Shown one piece after another: positions 47,301 through 55,870 of a stretch of 64,000 bases of DNA. Both the position numbers and the translations under genes were made by a program. Origin of the DNA: a virus (taxonomy: Duplodnaviria; Caudoviricetes); IMG/VR virus record IMGVR_UViG_3300036783_000113, positions 1-64,000 of that record; one strand, 5' to 3'. The notes under the pieces are model-generated. The model was not told the origin of the DNA and did no database searches. It worked only from the letters and a program-made list of their open reading frames with translations. The stretch's first letter is position 1. Each line of letters starts with the position of its first letter.

Positions 47301-48927
47301 AGAAGTTGAACCGAACACTGAATACACTTTTTCAATGAATGCTGGCGGTTCTTTTAGAACATATTTTGTTGAAAATAAAGCCGATAAAACAAATACAGCA
47401 ATTTACAAAGATAACGCTTTAATTCAAAGTGCAGCTTGGGATATGTCAGCTCCAAGAAATACATTCACAAGAACCTTCAAAACTCAACCTGACACTAAGA
47501 TTGTAAGGTTTATTTTCAGAGTACAAGCTTTGGATGCTGGAGCTACTGGCGGTCGTTTTGCGCTACCTAAATTAGAAAAAGGGACTACGGCAAGTGAATG
47601 GACAGCTAATCCTTTCGATTCTACTAATGGTGAAATATTCATTCAAGGTTCAGGAGCGGATCAGACTGATAAATCTAGACAGTTAACTGTAAATGGAGTT
47701 CCTGTTTACAATGAATCTATTGGTCGTGGATTAAGATTAGTTACATTAAGAAAAGATTCTTTAGCTGTAGTTGATAATATTTTGTATGATGTATACGGAA
47801 ATGATACTGAAAGAAATAACTTAGCAACAAAAATTAATTCTTTAGGAGATAATGTATTCATAACTTTAAGTTCTTATGATGCTATTCAATTCAATACAAA
47901 TTTATTAACGGCTATGGTTGCGGTTGGTGCTTCAGGTACTATTTTACAAGGACGTGTCCCTTATGTATTTATTGGTATGAAAGGATTGGGACGTTATAAC
48001 GGATTAGAACAATACACTGGCATCGGCTCATTATTCTCTCCTGCTACAATTTCTTGTAAAGTAGTTAATGGATCGATACAAGGAGTTAATAATAACAATG
48101 GTCAATCTGATACTAACGTCCGTCAAGATTTAAGACTCAATGCTCCCTTACCAACAAGTATCCTCATGGACTCAAAGGGGATAACAGCTAGTGGTACTGA
48201 TGCTTCTAAATACGCTCGTTTAGATTATCGTGGCTTGTATATAGCTGGTGGAGCAATACAAATTGATGGTGGACTTGATGAAGGTCAATTGTCTTCAGGT
48301 GTTGCGAGAAAAATGTCGTATTTGGATAGTAATGGTTTATATACAGGACAAGTTAATATTGGTGGTTCAGGTCAAAATGGTATCTTATCCATTAAGAATG
48401 CTTCTAATTCAGAAATCGTTCGTGGTGATACAAATGGATTAACTATCAATAACGGCGCAATTACAATTAAACGACCTGATGGAGCTGCTTTAATTCAAAA
48501 TGGCCAAGCTGTTTATAACTTTGCTGTAACAACACATTCACCTCCATTCCGTGGTGGTAATATCGATACAAGATCATGGTATTACCATACGACAAAAGGG
48601 TTGCCGTTTGATCGAGATTTACAAGTTTGTGATTATATAGCAACTCAACATACAGGAAGATATATGAAAATGGATGTTGATTTCTATACAACCGTTGGTA
48701 ATTCAGGAGCTTTAGTTATTGTACAAGCTGGTAAGTATAATCCAAATGGTTCAGAAGCTATAGTTGCTCAAATAGAAATCACAAACACTAAACCACAACC
48801 AGCTTACACAATTTCAATTGATTGTGGAGTACCAACGTATCAAAGAATAGGTTTCTATTTCTGTATAACATCTTGGTCAGCTGGTGATGTGTACGCTCGT
48901 TTAGTAAGGCCGTGGATGGAAGGTTAA
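44368..48927 (+). CDS. tail fibre/receptor-binding protein with repeated CBM-like modules and an ILEI-like domain
   Basis: Repeated DSKLTP.EK.QLK helices and (R/G)N(L/I)(L/I) ... WSP modules. Confidence 0.8.
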   Translation: MVKQIIASSQITMTDLSDAIISGTQPTAPKLDQLWIKRVPPNPDQLFRWNGTAWVEQTLDLSKLDPDADGKIENHDITIGNMVDDAKLDITERQEVKNKLTPIIGAVVADATASLQNIDQLLATGVGEPVAVLKAATNVGIPTSDADYANLRTKYNNLSTYLNGLIPVKPWDASATNKDKVITVIPTDWRSKWLDYYKAVQVLTTAVQTKLQGNIENINVGVRNLLLDTSGTTMKSDTGTNISDTVLKSFQFAPDTFEMIRGKEVSLSLTARTQIFSKGTPSPWAGMELSVTYDDNEQVWLPIRVEDKVATTQGWTRHSAVVTIKDKAIKAGYLNSLIRNVKGMIEIKEWQMEVGNKASNYKPAIEDIDKAIKDADKKAQDVTNSVNDMSLDSKLTPVEKIQLKTDYESITAEFNTTLTSADAFNLTSSSERVSYNAAYDVLKKYIDPLLVKMNETSDVDRTVFRQRFKDYYDTKAKLLKKISDTSKGLIDLTGQGNGNILRNSAWINSEKYWIKSANSATHTLELLDNSFLGQKVYRQTVINETVDKWYAVYSDYFPAVANQTFTFSLFANTTDKTKLDKPAFLIAEWFDKDGTRLLRGSVELAASTNNKWERFSFTTTVPDTAVKGRLRFHLTRNGQIYYAKPMVQQGSFLGEWSPSYLDFSLDEIDKNAEESKNNIADMSNDSKLTPLEKVQLKKEWGTMVAEKPQFEALANSLKITTELNDYINAYTTLNNTLNGTTGYLKNMQSTDDINAATFRTQFETYYAKQAALIKKVNQLIQGNIDGIQGTRNLILNSKVTVTNTNYLINEYKTSEDFIEGQDYTLVVKGSVPSGQLFGIWLYDGNHSPAMIDITKADSKFSEGVYYISFKGSKRNSGDPRVLRLYNWRSENIAGKSATIEWVALYKGTKAFDWSPAPEDADIGKTNLFVDSEFKSSINWIMQDVSRQKVETGIMPNGVRHFQATVSVSPAYVDFTQFIEVEPNTEYTFSMNAGGSFRTYFVENKADKTNTAIYKDNALIQSAAWDMSAPRNTFTRTFKTQPDTKIVRFIFRVQALDAGATGGRFALPKLEKGTTASEWTANPFDSTNGEIFIQGSGADQTDKSRQLTVNGVPVYNESIGRGLRLVTLRKDSLAVVDNILYDVYGNDTERNNLATKINSLGDNVFITLSSYDAIQFNTNLLTAMVAVGASGTILQGRVPYVFIGMKGLGRYNGLEQYTGIGSLFSPATISCKVVNGSIQGVNNNNGQSDTNVRQDLRLNAPLPTSILMDSKGITASGTDASKYARLDYRGLYIAGGAIQIDGGLDEGQLSSGVARKMSYLDSNGLYTGQVNIGGSGQNGILSIKNASNSEIVRGDTNGLTINNGAITIKRPDGAALIQNGQAVYNFAVTTHSPPFRGGNIDTRSWYYHTTKGLPFDRDLQVCDYIATQHTGRYMKMDVDFYTTVGNSGALVIVQAGKYNPNGSEAIVAQIEITNTKPQPAYTISIDCGVPTYQRIGFYFCITSWSAGDVYARLVRPWMEG

Positions 48928-48957
48928 TAAAAAGATATATCGAGAGGTGGTGGTAAG

Positions 48958-49326
48958 GTGTCTAACGTTACAAACGTTGTGGTAAAAGTTGATGAAAAAG
49001 GGAACATAATTAATTCGATGTCAGGTACAAATATTGGATTATCCGTTGATAACTCAATCGAATATGACTTAATCATCAATAAAGTTCCTGCTGAACAAGC
49101 TTTCGAAATTAGAAAGTACAAGGTTGCTATGGATGGTTTTAAACCAAGATTAGTATTAAAAGATGGTGAAACGCCACCTGTAATCCCTGAAGCTGAATTA
49201 ACTTTAGAACAAAAAGTTGCTAAATTAGAAAAGGCTTTAATTGAACAAGAAGTATCAAATAGTGAATTCAAAGAAATGACAAATTCTTCTATGGATTTTT
49301 TGTTGGAAATGGCAATACAAACTTAA
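48958..49326 (+). CDS. tail fibre-associated small protein
   Basis: Position; C-terminal LEQKVAKLE coiled coil. Confidence 0.6.
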   Translation: MSNVTNVVVKVDEKGNIINSMSGTNIGLSVDNSIEYDLIINKVPAEQAFEIRKYKVAMDGFKPRLVLKDGETPPVIPEAELTLEQKVAKLEKALIEQEVSNSEFKEMTNSSMDFLLEMAIQT

Positions 49327-49354
49327 AAAAAATAAAAGAAAGAAGGTACTAATT

Positions 49355-49612
49355 ATGGCAGAACTTAATTATCCACAATTCGTATATGAAGATGAAATTT
49401 GGGTAGCTAGTCAACAAGCTTTGATTTGTAAATTTATTAAGGCTGGTGCTGATATCAATAAATATCCTGTACGTTATCATCCAATTGTTAAAAACAATGA
49501 TTGTGCAACTTTCATGGCTGAATATGAAGCTTTCAAGGCTGCTCAAGCTAAAAGTATCAAAGAAGCTGAAGCAAAACAAATTCAAGAAATTAACGACTCA
49601 ATTAAAGGATAA
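49355..49612 (+). CDS. small hypothetical protein
   Basis: 85 aa, GAAGG RBS. Confidence 0.65.
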   Translation: MAELNYPQFVYEDEIWVASQQALICKFIKAGADINKYPVRYHPIVKNNDCATFMAEYEAFKAAQAKSIKEAEAKQIQEINDSIKG

Positions 49613-49617
49613 TCATT

Positions 49618-50046
49618 ATGGATTTACTAGAATTCGTAAAGATTGCTAGTCAAATCGTTCAGTCCCCCTTCGTATTTTCGATCCTCTTCGTTATCGTTGG
49701 GGGGCTTTCTTTTTGGTTCTTATATAGCAAGTTCAATAAGAAAGAAGAAGACGCTAAAGCTAACCAAGACGAAATGAAGAAGACACACGACAAGCATCAA
49801 AAACAGTTGTTAAAGATTATGGAAGATAACGATGTAAAAAGCGATGCAAGGGAGAAGAGGTTGATGGATCATAATCAAAGTTTAGTTGATGAAATAAACA
49901 AATTTAATAACTCTCTTGAAGATATTACAGGGACAGTTAAAGAAGTTAGTACAAGCGTTTCTAACATTCAAAAGCAACAAGAAATGATGCAATTAAAGAA
50001 TGATAAAGAGTTTGAAAGATTATGGGATAAAATTAAAAACGAGTAA
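49618..50046 (+). CDS. BhlA/UviB-like holin-associated protein
   Basis: One N-terminal TM segment, SDAREKRL and a coiled coil; directly before the lysin. Confidence 0.65.
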   Translation: MDLLEFVKIASQIVQSPFVFSILFVIVGGLSFWFLYSKFNKKEEDAKANQDEMKKTHDKHQKQLLKIMEDNDVKSDAREKRLMDHNQSLVDEINKFNNSLEDITGTVKEVSTSVSNIQKQQEMMQLKNDKEFERLWDKIKNE

Positions 50047-50064
50047 AGAAAGGAATGATGTTAA

Positions 50065-50835
50065 ATGGCTGATGTAACTAGTCACGGTGGACATAATGCA
50101 ATTATACAAGGAGCGAATTGGGGTTCTAGAAAAGAACACAATATGGATCGCGAATGTAACTCATTGTTTATTTCTAAGTTACGCGCATTAGGTCACAACG
50201 TTAAAAATGATACCGATGATGTAGGCACAACTCAAAGTATGATTGTTAATAACCAAATTCGAAATATCAATAGCCGTTACAATGACGTTGGTTTCTCATG
50301 GCATTTAAACGCTTCCGATACAACTGGTCACGGCGTAGAAGTATTGTGTTATTCTGAAAAAGAAGCTCCAATAGCTCGAAAGATTTCTGCTGAAATTGCT
50401 AAACGTACAGGTTGGAAAGATCGTGGAGCTAAGTTACGTCCTGATCTTGGAGTTATTCGTTCTACAAGCTGTCCAGTGTTCTTAATTGAAGCTGGTTTCA
50501 TCGACAATGATTCGGATATGGCTAAGTGGAATGTTGAAAATATCGTTAACGCTGTTATCTTCGCTTACTTTGGACAAGAAGCTGGTAACGGTTCTAATAA
50601 TAATGGAGGTGCCGCTAAAATGTGGGTTGCTAAAACTGGTGGTCTTGGTTGTCCTGAAGCTCAAGAAGTTATGAACAAACTAGCTGAATTCAATGTTGCA
50701 GGAAGTTTAGTGTATCAAGGTCAAGGTATCTTCTATCTCGAAACAAAGCCTGTAGCTGATCGTAATCGATTAGGTGCTATCTATTGGTATTGTAAAGATT
50801 ATCGCGGTTGGTTCACTGAATTATATGAAGTTTAA
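50065..50835 (+). CDS. endolysin, N-acetylmuramoyl-L-alanine amidase (Amidase_3) with C-terminal cell-wall-binding domain
   Basis: SHGGH, EH, SWHLNA, GHGVEV and LIEAGFIDN catalytic motifs; Amidase02_C-like CBD. Confidence 0.92.
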   Translation: MADVTSHGGHNAIIQGANWGSRKEHNMDRECNSLFISKLRALGHNVKNDTDDVGTTQSMIVNNQIRNINSRYNDVGFSWHLNASDTTGHGVEVLCYSEKEAPIARKISAEIAKRTGWKDRGAKLRPDLGVIRSTSCPVFLIEAGFIDNDSDMAKWNVENIVNAVIFAYFGQEAGNGSNNNGGAAKMWVAKTGGLGCPEAQEVMNKLAEFNVAGSLVYQGQGIFYLETKPVADRNRLGAIYWYCKDYRGWFTELYEV

Positions 50836-50860
50836 TTAATTGTAAATATTTTGTAAATTC

Positions 50861-50958
50861 AATAAAACACTTCCAATGATTGGTATTAATGTTTTATGTA
50901 ATACCGCAACTTAGACATTTCATTAATGGCTTTTCAAAATCATTGGAGGTGTTTTATT
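50861..50958 (+). promoter_or_regulatory. 20-bp RBS-sequestering hairpin
   Basis: AATAAAACACTTCCAATGAT pairs with ATCATTGGAGGTGTTTTATT (one G-U). Confidence 0.8.
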
Positions 50959-50961
50959 TTT

Positions 50962-51186
50962 ATGGCAAAATTAGTTAACGTTTACACTGGTGGTTACAGC
51001 AAGGCACATTTAGTTGAGGTTCATAATTTCTTGGTTCAAAATAAGTTATTCTTTGTTCCTTCACGTCATGAAAGTGGTTCTTTAATGTTCGATATCGGTG
51101 CATTATCTGATGACTCTCAAATTTATACTAACCTAATTAACATGCTACAATATTTAGGTTACTGGTATACTGTTCGTAACGCATAA
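50962..51186 (+). CDS. stand-alone cell-wall-binding-domain-like protein
   Basis: YTGGYSKAHLVEVHNFL...GYWYTV resembles the lysin CBD KTGGLGCPEAQEVMNKL...GWFTEL. Confidence 0.6.
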   Translation: MAKLVNVYTGGYSKAHLVEVHNFLVQNKLFFVPSRHESGSLMFDIGALSDDSQIYTNLINMLQYLGYWYTVRNA

Positions 51187-51213
51187 TCAATTAATTTTAA
51201 AGGAGGTGATATC

Positions 51214-51441
51214 ATGGATAAAGCTAGTATTGTTCGTGTGATCGTCTTAGTTGCTACGATGGTAAATGCTGCTTTAACTTTAATGGGTGTTCCTCCAATT
51301 CCAATTGGTGAAGCTGAAGCTACAGTTATTTCAATGATTTTATTGAGTGCCGCTGCTTCTTGGACAACTTGGAAGAATAATTATTTAGGTAAAAAAGGAA
51401 TTAAGCAACGCGAAGAATTGAAAAAGAAAGATTTACATTAA
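51214..51441 (+). CDS. SPP1-family holin
   Basis: MDKASIVRVIVL...NAAL...PIPI...WTTWKNN. Confidence 0.85.
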   Translation: MDKASIVRVIVLVATMVNAALTLMGVPPIPIGEAEATVISMILLSAAASWTTWKNNYLGKKGIKQREELKKKDLH

Positions 51442-51447
51442 TCAAAG

Positions 51448-51508
51448 ACCTTCCTTTTGTATCCTGACTATGTTACAATGTAGTTATTATACAAGAGGGA
51501 GGTTTTTT
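51448..51508 (+). promoter_or_regulatory. 15-bp hairpin (terminator and RBS lock) with an internal extended -10 promoter
   Basis: 51448-51462 pairs with 51489-51503; TGTTACAAT at 51471-51479 in the loop. Confidence 0.7.
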
Positions 51509-51510
51509 AT

Positions 51511-52158
51511 ATGAGATTAATAGATTTAAGTGGTAAGAAATACGGAAGGTTAATTGTATTGCATAGAGAAGGTAAAGACAATCAAGGTAATGTCATGTGG
51601 AAATGTAGATGTGATTGCGGAGAAATTAATTCAGTTAGAGGTTACGCTTTGAAAAACGGTAGTGCAACTTCTTGTGGCTGTCTTGCTTCTGAATTAACCA
51701 AGAAAAGGTCAACGACTCACGGAATGACAAATACACCTGAATATAACATTTGGGTTGGAATGATACAAAGGTGTACTAATTCTAAAAACAAGGATTACAA
51801 AAATTACGGCGGTAGAGGAATAATCGTTCATCCTGATTGGTTATCTTTCGAAAATTTTTATAATGACATTGGTAAACGTCCGACAGATAATCATTCTATA
51901 GACAGAATAGATGTTAACGGTAATTATGGAAAAGATAATTGCAAATGGGCTACGTTAGAAGAACAAGCTACAAATAAACGACCTTTAGGTTTAATTAAAA
52001 CTAATACGTCATGATGTAAAGGTGTTTACCAAAGTAAGAAAACAGGAAAGTGGATAGCTGAAATAAGGATCAATGGTAAAACAAAATACTTAGGCTGTTA
52101 CTATGAAAAAGATGAAGCTGTATCCGTTAGATTGAAAGCTGAAGAAGATAATAAATAA
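51511..52158 (+). pseudogene. HNH-AP2 homing endonuclease with in-frame TGA at 52012-52014
   Basis: HNH part (HSIDRIDVNGNY..DNCKWAT) ends TNTS-stop; same frame continues CKGVYQSKKTGKWIAEIRINGKTKYLG (AP2). Confidence 0.8.
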
Positions 52159-52281
52159 TTAAGTAACCTCTTGGACATAATACGTTCAGGGGGTTATTTT
52201 TATGGGATTAAATATTGTAGCTGTATTAGTTGTCATATTTTTAATTCTTATGTATGGATGGTTATGGTTTGGGCATTAAAA

Positions 52282-52308
52282 AAAGAGGGGTTAATTCCCC
52301 TCTACTTT
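52282..52308. terminator. bidirectional terminator at the convergence of late and replication units
   Basis: AAAAAGAGGGG-TTAATT-CCCCTCTACTTT. Confidence 0.75.
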
Positions 52309-52367
52309 GACTTATTTAACGATTCATCGATAGCTTGTTTTATTTTCTTTTTGGTCGTTCCATTCCA

Positions 52368-52943
52368 TCACTTAGCCACTTCCCTTCTTCTATTCTTTAG
52401 ATACTCATTTCTAATTAACCAATCGATACCAATACCTACAGCATCCGATTCATCGTCTGTTCTGAAATTAAATGGTGGAGTTTTAAATTCTGTCTTGGCC
52501 TGTAACTCCTTCTCGTACTTCTTACATTCTTCTTCAACTTTACCTTTAGAAGCTTCTCCATGACCTGTAAAACGTAACTTGAATTGTTTATTGTGTACAT
52601 CTTCAATTTCAAGGTTAAGGAATACTTTTTCAGCAATACCATGTACTTTAGCTAAGATAGGTGACTCGAAACTTACGTTAACACCTACCATAGCATCTTT
52701 TGTTTTAGTTACAAGTTCTTCTTTAATAACTACATGAGGATAATACATATTCTTCAAACGGAACAATTCAGATTCGATATGAGCTAACTTCAATCCGATT
52801 TGCTTAGTTGTAAAATGATGATTAGGTATATGACCAAAGCTAAGTATTTTAGGTTTGTCTTTAACTATGAATACAGCCCAACCACTTGAGTTAAGTGATG
52901 GATCAATAACGATTAAGTAAAATGGTTTCTGTTCTTCAGTCAT
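52368..52943 (-). CDS. ruvC: RuvC-like Holliday junction resolvase
   Basis: VIDPSLNSSGWA, VIKEE and DDESDAVGIG acidic motifs. Confidence 0.85.
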   Translation of the reverse strand: MTEEQKPFYLIVIDPSLNSSGWAVFIVKDKPKILSFGHIPNHHFTTKQIGLKLAHIESELFRLKNMYYPHVVIKEELVTKTKDAMVGVNVSFESPILAKVHGIAEKVFLNLEIEDVHNKQFKLRFTGHGEASKGKVEEECKKYEKELQAKTEFKTPPFNFRTDDESDAVGIGIDWLIRNEYLKNRRREVAK

Positions 52944-53476
52944 TACTTGTACTCTCCTTTAATGCGTGTGAATTTTAAGAAGTTCATTGCGTATTTATTT
53001 TTTTCGTCACTTCTTTTTTCGTATAAAGATTCAGGATTAAAGTCATCATTTAAACATTTACTAAATTCAATATCAAGACCTGTATCACCTTCAAATACAC
53101 CTTGCACTTCTGTAATGTATATCTCTTGTACATATGGCATAAACTGTTTGTATACGTTCATTCCACCAATGATCCATAAGTCTCTATCTCCACCAGTATA
53201 ATCATATTGGTCAAGTATAGCACCGATATCATTAGAGTGATATAAATTCTTGGTATGGTCGTCAACAAGCGACTTCCTACTTAAAACAACATTCTCTCTA
53301 TTTGGCAAGGGCTTGCCACCGATTGAATCAAATGTCTTCCTACCCATTACTACGATATGACCTTCTGTAAGCTCCTTGAAACGGTTTAAATCATATGGTA
53401 AGCTTTTACCCCACGGTAATTCGTTCTCGTTACCTATAACACCGTTAAGGTCACATGCAAGTATAAGTTTTATCAT
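52943..53476 (-). CDS. dfrA: dihydrofolate reductase
   Basis: GVIGNENELPW, DLNRFK, VVMGRKTF, PLPNRENVVLS, IIGG. Confidence 0.95.
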   Translation of the reverse strand: MIKLILACDLNGVIGNENELPWGKSLPYDLNRFKELTEGHIVVMGRKTFDSIGGKPLPNRENVVLSRKSLVDDHTKNLYHSNDIGAILDQYDYTGGDRDLWIIGGMNVYKQFMPYVQEIYITEVQGVFEGDTGLDIEFSKCLNDDFNPESLYEKRSDEKNKYAMNFLKFTRIKGEYK

Positions 53477-53535
53477 TAATAACACCATCCTTTTCAAAAG
53501 TTAAGGAAAGGCATAAAGCCCTTCCTGTTATTTAT

Positions 53536-54000
53536 TTAAAATTCAAACGAACTTTGTTGTACTCCTTGTACTGGTTGTGGGTAAGGTTGCGGCTGTTCTT
53601 CAATTTCGACTAACACAAATTTACTACTGAACAAATCATTTAAAGTAGATTCTGAACTTCTCCATAATTCGTTTACTTGTTTTTCTGAAAACATCAATGA
53701 GTTATTAGTGATTTTATAGCAATCAAGTTTCATTTCAGAAGAACTATATCTTTGTACAATTTTACCTTCTTTCATCAATCCATAAGCTTGATCCCAATTT
53801 AAATATTCAACTTCAACTTCGTAACCGTTATTTAAAGCTATAATCAAATCAATTACATTAACTGGATCAAACAACCAATCGCTAACAAATTGATCCACAC
53901 TAAGTAAACTCAATTGATAAGTAATGTGATTCCCTCTAAGAGTATGTTCGTTAAGTTCTATTCTTTCTGCTACGAATTTAGGAATTTTAACTTTACTCAT
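53536..54000 (-). CDS. DUF1642-like phage protein
   Basis: KVKIPKFVAE...NGYEVE pattern; Q/P-rich tail. Confidence 0.55.
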   Translation of the reverse strand: MSKVKIPKFVAERIELNEHTLRGNHITYQLSLLSVDQFVSDWLFDPVNVIDLIIALNNGYEVEVEYLNWDQAYGLMKEGKIVQRYSSSEMKLDCYKITNNSLMFSEKQVNELWRSSESTLNDLFSSKFVLVEIEEQPQPYPQPVQGVQQSSFEF

Positions 54001-54123
54001 TTCATTTCCCCCATGTTTTAATTTGTTTTCCAAATTGTTATTATTTTCGTTAGCGATGATTGATGTCATTTGCTTTCTCTCCATTCTGTAATTAGTTTAG
54101 TGACTTCGTATACACTATTTTCT

Positions 54124-54387
54124 TTAGTCATTGATTTTCACCTCTTTTTCGTTACGAAGAACAATTTTAGTTGTAGTAATTTCGATTAACGTTCCTTTTA
54201 ATAATTTGGCTATTTGACTTGCTACAATGTAAGTTTGGAATGAAACAGAATTAAATTCAGAACCTAAATTATAATCATGTATTTTTATTACTTCTGTACC
54301 AGTGTATTTACAACTTCTAACGAAATGTTCTCCTACTTTAATTTTATAATTAACCTCAACCTTATTTTCAATTACTTTGTTTTCCAT
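54124..54387 (-). CDS. hypothetical protein
   Basis: 87 aa ORF in the operon. Confidence 0.65.
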   Translation of the reverse strand: MENKVIENKVEVNYKIKVGEHFVRSCKYTGTEVIKIHDYNLGSEFNSVSFQTYIVASQIAKLLKGTLIEITTTKIVLRNEKEVKIND

Positions 54388-54407
54388 TTTAATATCCCCC
54401 TTTTTTA

Positions 54408-55346
54408 TTATTCAGCAACCTGAAGACCGATACGCGGTAACTTAACTTCGTCATCATAAAATCTTAATTTAAAACTATCCGGTGTGAAATCATAGAAGCT
54501 AGTTACTTTAGGATCAATCCATAATTCAGGTGTTCTATATGTTTCATTTTGCATTTGGCCAAGCATAGGCATTAAATGTCTGTCATAAACGTGTATGTTA
54601 TCGATGTTGAATACTAAACTACCAACCTTTAAACCTGTAACTTGCGCAATCATACACTGTAGAACGTAATATTGAAATACATTGAATGGTTGTCCTAAAC
54701 CTAAATCATTAGAACGAACATTGACTGTAAGGTGTAATTCTCCACGTTGAGTTTGCCAATGAGTTTCATACACACAAGGCTCAAGACTCATATTATCTAA
54801 GTCTTCAACACACCATAACGTAGTTTTAATACGGCGTGAAGTTGGATTTTGAATTAATTCGTTGATAAGGCAATCAACTTGATCCAACATTATATAGTTA
54901 CCCTTTTCATCTTTTCCGTGAACATAAATATATTCACGTCTAATTTTAAGTTCGTCAGGATTTTTATAATAAAACTTTCTTTTTTTATTAGCTAATTGCC
55001 AACCATAAGCTTTACCAATTGTTCCGTCAGGTAGTTCCCATTCTGACCATACAGTTTTCTGAGTTCCATTTAACTTTCGTAAAACGTTGACATTGTTAGA
55101 TTTATAAACCCAAATCCAAAACATTTCTTTAATCGCTAATTTCCAGTATACATACTTAGAAGTTAAGATTGGTACAGCTCCACTTTCAAAACGTAGCTGC
55201 TTATTTAAATATTCAATGGTATGCGCTGGTGTAAGGAATTCTCCATCCCTCCACCGCGCTCTTACATCTTGTCCAGTAGTTGGACACCCTTCATTAAGTA
55301 TTTGCCAAAATTGTTCTTCATACAGTCTATCGTAATGTGTTGTCAT
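54408..55346 (-). CDS. thyA: thymidylate synthase
   Basis: PTSRR, LEPCV, VRSNDLGLGQPFN, HVYDRH motifs. Confidence 0.95.
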   Translation of the reverse strand: MTTHYDRLYEEQFWQILNEGCPTTGQDVRARWRDGEFLTPAHTIEYLNKQLRFESGAVPILTSKYVYWKLAIKEMFWIWVYKSNNVNVLRKLNGTQKTVWSEWELPDGTIGKAYGWQLANKKRKFYYKNPDELKIRREYIYVHGKDEKGNYIMLDQVDCLINELIQNPTSRRIKTTLWCVEDLDNMSLEPCVYETHWQTQRGELHLTVNVRSNDLGLGQPFNVFQYYVLQCMIAQVTGLKVGSLVFNIDNIHVYDRHLMPMLGQMQNETYRTPELWIDPKVTSFYDFTPDSFKLRFYDDEVKLPRIGLQVAE

Positions 55347-55358
55347 TGTTGTTCCTCC

Positions 55359-55544
55359 TTAAATGTTAGCTTTCAATTCTAGTTTTAAATCGCCGTGTTC
55401 CCATTCTTGCACACGATAATTTTGTTGTGACTTAACTTTAATTTCAATTTTATCTAAAGGTATGTGAGCATTTATCTTTCTTTCTAAATCATCTTGGATT
55501 AGTTGTTTAATTTGTTGAGAGTCGTAAGAAACTTCAATTTCCAT
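55359..55544 (-). CDS. hypothetical protein
   Basis: 61 aa ORF in the operon. Confidence 0.65.
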   Translation of the reverse strand: MEIEVSYDSQQIKQLIQDDLERKINAHIPLDKIEIKVKSQQNYRVQEWEHGDLKLELKANI

Positions 55545-55795
55545 TATAGATACACCCCTTCGTAAATACTCAATACTTCGTGCATTAGATCAGCGAATGT
55601 TTTATCTTTATTTAACTCTTCATTTAATTTTTCATCAATTAATTTCCCATCTTCACCGAAAGCTTCACCAAAAATCTTTTCTAATCTTTCATCTAAAAGA
55701 GGATCGAAACCTTCATAGTCTTTATTAACCGTTTCCCAAACCTTAGAAATGCCAGCTATCAAAATCATCAATTCTGCTTTGCTAATTTGATTCAC
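55544..55795 (-). CDS. hypothetical protein
   Basis: 83 aa, GGAG RBS. Confidence 0.65.
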   Translation of the reverse strand: MNQISKAELMILIAGISKVWETVNKDYEGFDPLLDERLEKIFGEAFGEDGKLIDEKLNEELNKDKTFADLMHEVLSIYEGVYL

Positions 55796-55870
55796 TTTAA
55801 CTTCAACTCCTTAATAAGTTATGTTTCAAATATAAACTATTAATATATGTCCGTCAATACTTTTTATGAA

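Noticed and set aside
44368-48927. Diversity-generating retroelement in the tail fibre
   Set aside because: No reverse transcriptase and no near-identical template/variable repeat pair differing at adenines
21423-50674. Numerous 60-130 aa antisense or alternate-frame ORFs across the structural genes
   Set aside because: Shadow ORFs of strongly coding opposite frames, without RBSs
52302-52370. 21-codon open frame after the ruvC TGA as a second readthrough case
   Set aside because: Short, no recognisable domain and expected by chance; many UGA stops in the window overlap the next ATG normally, so there is no genome-wide recoding
54408-55346. Intron in thyA (seen in some Bacillus phages)
   Set aside because: Reading frame is continuous and full length
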